Source: Perkinsus chesapeaki ATCC PRA-425 (lineage: Eukaryota > Protista > Perkinsozoa). Taken from it: DNA of 64,000 bases. The DNA lies in assembly GCA_013115145.1 (NCBI GenBank), contig JAAPAO010000011.1, positions 62,001-126,000 on the forward strand. The letters are read 5' to 3'. The notes under the pieces were generated by a model. The model ran no database searches, had not been told where the DNA came from, and saw only the letters and a program-made list of their open reading frames with translations. A program made the position numbers and the translations under genes. This document shows, piece by piece, positions 58,997-64,000 of this stretch (its first letter is position 1; each line of letters opens with the position of its first letter).

Positions 58997-60720
58997 TTAT
59001 CGATCTCCCCATTCGAGGTAGTCAGTACCACCGAGCCTGCTCTTCCGGCGTAGGAAGGTGATGGTAAAGACTATGGCAAATACGCCACATACAGCACCAA
59101 CTGCTATATAGGCATAACCCAGTATACCGTTCTTGCCACCAGCCCAAGTGGTAGTGGCGATGACAATACTTTTAGTGCCTTGGTACTGATCTGATGGGAA
59201 GTTGTCCGACACAGTGAAACGGACGACATCGCCAGTCTGAACATGAAGCTAAATTAATAATACCACATTCCCTCCAAATCACCTTTAGATCATCATCTAT
59301 TCGAGCATACATCTTTCTAAATGTGGGCAGCCCAGCCGGTCTCATCCAACCGATGAAACGGCCATTAAGCAATCCCCAGCCAGCTGGGTTGAGCTTACGC
59401 TCATAGCCCTCAGCAGCACTACACGGGAACTCAGGATCAACACCATCAACTCCCCCAGGAACCTAAACACACCAATATGCCGCCTCAACACCATGGTCGT
59501 ACTGCTTACCAAAGTGAACTTGCATGAAGCACTGTCGGTCATGTAATTGGTGCAGGCCGTGTGGTTAATAGCAGGATCAGCCGTAGCGCTCATAACATAT
59601 ATTTTCTTGTACTCAGAGGCATTCTGCTGAGCTTCTATCGGAACCTAATAAATAACCGCCGTCCAGTAGCAGCGACTGTTGGGTGGGGGCCTACGCAAAT
59701 TTGAGGAGGCGCGTAGAAGTTGAGCCACATGTTGAGAGACACTTGGTTCTGGACGCCATCGTCGATGAACCCTTCAGGATCCAAATTGTCGTACTTGTAC
59801 GTCACATCATCCTCCCAGGCCACCACCGTATTGGTCTGAAATGAAGCCAATGAATGGGCCAACTAACGTTGAGAGCTCACCTCGGTGATGTTGTTGCTTT
59901 GCCAGACCTGAGATCCCGAGCGCTTGGTATCGATGATGTAGGAATCATTAAAAGTCGAGCGCGCGATGATTCCACACGGGTAGTTACTGAAAGCAACAAG
60001 TGCGGGGAGGAGCAGCTGTGTGGTAGACATATCACTTTCTCTCAAATGGGTCTCTCTCCCACGGGCTGCAGTCACCGTTAGCTCCTCGCTTAGTAGACAC
60101 ATCACTCGGCCCTGAAAAAAGAATATAACAGAAAGAGCCCGAGATGCACCAGTCTTACGGGCTAGCTGATAGTAGTCTCGTGAAGCGATATAGCGTCTGT
60201 GATTCTGGTAGAAATTGGTGAGCTCGTAGTATCTGAAACGGTTACATTCCCACTATACAGCAACAGCAGCACTTACACATATATAGGAGCATCCATATCT
60301 TGGTCAATCTCTATCTCAACAGGAAACAGTCCTGTGGTGGAGAGATCGGTGTAGTCTCGACGGAGCTCATTGGTGCTCTTGTCAGCCTGGAGCAAGGCCA
60401 CCCTCCAGCGACTTTATCCCATTCTTCTCAGAACCTACCTCGACTAGGCCTATACCAATAGCAATGAATGCCGCAGCAAATCCAACAAAGGTGGCAATGA
60501 CCCATCTGAAGGGAAGGATTGCTCAAGTAGTAGACAAATTGACAACTTACTTAGGGCTGAGCAATGGCTGCCATGCCCGCACTCTCTGCTGAATGATATC
60601 ATTATCATACTGCTTCCTAGAGTGATGCTGCTGCTGACGTTGCCTTGTCTCTGGTGGCCTTGATGAACTCTGAGGAGAAGTCGAAGCTTCGGGCGGTGCA
60701 GGAGGTGGAGGAGGAGCCAT
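58997..60720 (-). CDS. CDC50/LEM3 family P4-ATPase flippase beta subunit
   Basis: QQRVRAWQPLLSP, YVYYELTNFYQNHRRY, YPCGIIARSTFNDSY, WMRPAGLPTFRKMY, NFP...GTKSIVIATTTWAGGKNGILGYAY. Confidence 0.95.
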
Positions 60721-60950
60721 AAAATGAACTGATACGGGCATGAAGAGAGATATCAACTCAGAGCCCTGAAGCTTTGTAGTGGCAATTTATTCACCATAAA
60801 GGGTAAAACAGCGCAATCATTATTATTATCATCGGCCTCCTCATCACCTTGTCGTTGTTGTTGTAGTAGTAGACTGTTGTACCACAAGCCCAATCTCACG
60901 ATCTGCAAGGATAGACTATCCTACACAGTAACATAATAACAATCAACCAA

Positions 60951-60971
60951 CAGCAGCAGCAGCAGCAGCAG
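60951..60971. repeat. (CAG)7 microsatellite in low-complexity intergenic/UTR sequence
   Basis: cagcagcagcagcagcagcag visible directly. Confidence 0.9.
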
Positions 60972-61315
60972 TGATAGCAATGCGCCTTAAGGATCTCAAT
61001 ATGAAGAGGAAGAGCAAGTGTAATGGCAATGTGGCAGCGGCAGCAGCAGTCGTAGAAAAGGAAGGACAATGTCATATATCAGCAGCCTTAATCGATAAAA
61101 ATGACCAGACTTGATAGTAATGACAAACGGAGAATGAAAAGCTGTTATTCATGCGAGCGCCGGCGGCGGCAAATGGTTACCCAATGTGTAGCCGTTGAAG
61201 ATAGTACACTGTAATGCCGTCATCAGAAGGCAAGGTATGGCAAGTGTTAATAGGATTCGAGCTCTCACCACATCACAAGTCGATCACTATAAGACTTGTT
61301 GTCGGCGTTACAAGC

Positions 61316-62400
61316 CTATGCGTTCTGACCGGCGGCGGTGGCATCGCCACCAATATCGTCGTCGTCACCATCATCGGTCTTGCTCTTGAGGGAGAGCTCC
61401 AATGGAACATGAGATGGGTCCTTGGTGAAGTACTCAAACGACATGCTTGTGGGATGCCGCCGATTCAAAGCTTGCTCTCGCTGTTGCTGATTCTCATCCG
61501 AGTTCTCCTCACCAGACGAGGTCAACGGCGCAAAGAGGGGCCTGACATTAATAACGACGCCATAACACAACTAGCGCGGTTTTCACTTTAGGCTGCTTAC
61601 GCAATAGCCCCTTTAAACAAATGCCCCAACCGAAGGACCTCATCCTTATTGGATGTCCCTATCCACAACGCTAATCGTATGTTATACTTTCGCACTGAGC
61701 ATACTGCGCCACATACTGCATCAACACCAGTTCCCCGATTGGGAAAAGTGCCTCCAATCAGTGATAATAACATATTTAACCACGACTCATCGATACTCTG
61801 AAAACGGCCAACAATCATATAGACAACAACGCGTAGCTGAAGCATACCTCCTTTTGTTGCCCTGAGCCCGCGCCACGTTTAACTGGTCGATCAACAGATA
61901 CCATCCATCTGCCTCCCTTTGCACATGTCTCATCCTCCCACATCGGGGCAATGCCTTGCCGGAATACACTATAATCAGCATAGGTCAGTCGACTTGGCGG
62001 AGATACGTTATTAAAGACCCGCCAAAAGTCCTCTACAGTGCTAAAATCGAGTACTCGCTTTTGTGTGCCCTTCCAGTTGTCCTTCTTATCCTACAATGAA
62101 GGCACTGAGACCGTACGACTACACAATTGCCGGTACCTTGGTCTGAGCCTGATACATAAGCCAGAAGCTCCACGTATGCTCTAACGGATGAGGCTTATTA
62201 GAGGGGGGAGGGGCTGTCCCACTGCTACTCGAACATGCCTCGAAATCAGCAGCGTCATCATCAGCAGCAGCCTCGGAATTATTGCTAATTGATGCACCGG
62301 ACTCTTCCGGTAGCCTATGTAAAGATGAGTGTTCCATCCCCACATTCGATGGGGTAATGGTACCAGTACCAGACATTGCCTCGGAAACTTCTCTATTCAT
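61316..62400 (-). CDS. eIF4E: Eukaryotic translation initiation factor 4E family protein
   Basis: HPLEHTWSFW, DNW, FSTVEDFWRVFN, DYSVFRQGIAPMWED..CAKGGRW, DESWLNMLLSLIG, VCGAVCSVR, RLALW; the conserved Trp residues are present; acidic C-terminal exon. Confidence 0.93.
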
Positions 62401-63384
62401 ACTGCATAAGATACATCATCAACGCGCGTCCCAAAAAGGTTCCAAAGGTAGCCACGATCGCTGCATGGCGCACGCCCATGGGATCTATTCCCCTTTTTCA
62501 GGCGAGCGCAAGTTGCCAAGGCGGAGCGATACTGTTACATGTTTGCGAAAAATGCCTTTGACGAATCGGTCGCATTGAAAGGCAGTGAAATTGGCATTTT
62601 ATTGTCGCTGGATGTGTTTGGTTGCGTCAAACTGTTTCAAGGTACTATGCTTCTGGTTAAAGAATTAACCTCTGAAGTACTTCTGTCGAAAATCGCATAA
62701 CGGCATCTTTCACTTCAAATTTTTTCCACTTGTTTTGTTTTTGGAACTACAGAACCCTTCAAAATGGTTTTTCTTACATATCCCAATAGCAAACCTCATC
62801 GAAGCCTCTCAATCGATAGGAGATCCTTTAACTACTGTAGTGCGGACGTGTACGGTGGGTTATCCAGTAATTTTGGCAAGTAAACAGAAGTTTTGGTATG
62901 ATTTTCTAGACTGCGCAGGATCTTTTGGGCCAATAAAATCCCTTAATGTACATTAATCAGCCCCTTGTTGATTTTTCCTCAGTGTCATTGCTCACCTCCT
63001 ATCCCCATATGCCCTCATACCACACAGTTGCACCTAGTTCAGAGACTTCTCCTGAAAGCATTACGGTATAGATAGTGTTTGGACATGGCAGGTGATGTAG
63101 TAATAAAAGGATAGGCTTCGGATTAGCGTATATTTACATCGCTTGAACACCTCTTTGTATTTCCATATTCCTACAGCTGGCTTCTGGCCACTCTTGACCG
63201 TTTAAAAAATGGCATTTTCCCAAGATTCACCGCGTTCTCTAATTTGACTATTGCTGGACTTTATGTGATCATGATAAGTAACCACAGTTTGAGTTGCTGA
63301 AACAGTGTGGAGTTGACTAGAGGGTAAAATACCGGTTTTATGTATCATCGTCAGCCTTTCTTCGGCCGCCTCTCAATAGTGTCT

Positions 63385-64000
63385 ATGGCACAATCGACGG
63401 CAACGGCGGCCAGCCATCACAGGCGGAAACGTCCTCGGCAGAGCTCGGGGGCTGGTGGCAGTACCACAATTAGAACGGTGAAGGATATGCCTACAGTGGA
63501 GATGAGAGAGGCTTTGAATCGAGATACGGAGATGGGCAGAGTACTGCTGGAACGTGGTTATTTGGGCTCCAAGTTGTACAACGGTCCTGATATCACTACA
63601 GGGCTATTGCCTGGACGACATGACCAGATCCTAGCTGAGATGAAGTGGGTACAAGCAGATGTAGCAGGTTTGAGGGATCTTAAGCAAGCTCAATGTCGAC
63701 GGGTGGCATCAGCGGTAAAGGAGTATTGGCGTGTACGTACAAAACAGCAGGAGCATGGCGGTGGCAAACATGTGAGGTTGGATAGGAAAGGTGGTGAAGT
63801 GAAGGAACAATTGCAGAGAGCAGCAGGCAGCATAGCTGCAAATAGCAGCAGTGCCCCTACGTCATCGCCAAACGTCGACACTGTTATGGAGGAACCTGAT
63901 GAGATTACGGTATCTTCAGATGAGGCGGAGTCGCAGTTCTCGAATGCTGCTGAGGCGAGGGCTAGTATTGATCCATTGCGTGATATAATAGACCGTCTTA
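63385..64000 (+). CDS. 5' part of an HSA-domain chromatin protein (SWR1/SRCAP/EP400 or Eaf1-like), running off the window
   Basis: Open from ATG 63385 to the window edge; RHDQILAEMKWVQADVAGLRDLKQAQCRRVASAVKEYW resembles the HSA consensus H.D.LL.EM.WM..DF...RKWK...AKK.A.AV..Y. Confidence 0.7.
   Translation, partial: MAQSTATAASHHRRKRPRQSSGAGGSTTIRTVKDMPTVEMREALNRDTEMGRVLLERGYLGSKLYNGPDITTGLLPGRHDQILAEMKWVQADVAGLRDLKQAQCRRVASAVKEYWRVRTKQQEHGGGKHVRLDRKGGEVKEQLQRAAGSIAANSSSAPTSSPNVDTVMEEPDEITVSSDEAESQFSNAAEARASIDPLRDIIDRL

Noticed and set aside
1-64000. tRNA, rRNA, snRNA genes, CRISPR arrays, transposase or reverse-transcriptase ORFs
   Set aside because: No cloverleaf, rRNA or snRNA signature, repeat-spacer array or mobile-element motif was seen by eye; covariance-model searches were not run.

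Overview
Gene-dense eukaryotic nuclear DNA with many short (about 40-60 nt) spliceosomal introns, often with GTAG/GTAAG/GTGAG donors, and intergenic gaps often under 150 nt. Intron style, compaction and alveolate-type proteins suggest a Perkinsus-like alveolate; this is inference, not a database result. About 25 protein-coding genes lie in long co-oriented blocks: minus 0.7-9.1 kb, plus 9.35-39.2 kb, mostly minus 40-62.4 kb. Recognisable genes: QDPR, Gos1 SNARE, an RRM+KH protein, a cytochrome b5-like MAPR protein, valyl-tRNA synthetase, a TPR protein, topoisomerase II, the TFIIIC B-block subunit, a WD40 protein, ATR kinase, Obg GTPase, Sec61 gamma, CDC50/LEM3, eIF4E and the 5' end of an HSA-domain (SWR1/EP400/Eaf1-type) gene. 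An accessory patch at about 39.4-45.4 kb holds a 2.1 kb tandem duplication, a secreted-protein gene with an in-frame stop, and gene fragments. Best leads: an RRM-KH protein ending in a CysRS-anticodon-domain-like module; a probable cupredoxin-like/multi-TM/PI-PLC-like fusion protein; an AUG-less in-frame mitochondrial-type presequence upstream of ValRS; and an in-frame TAA-ATG junction at the end of the WD40 ORF. I found no rRNA, tRNA, CRISPR array or transposase. All exon structures were inferred by hand and are unverified.
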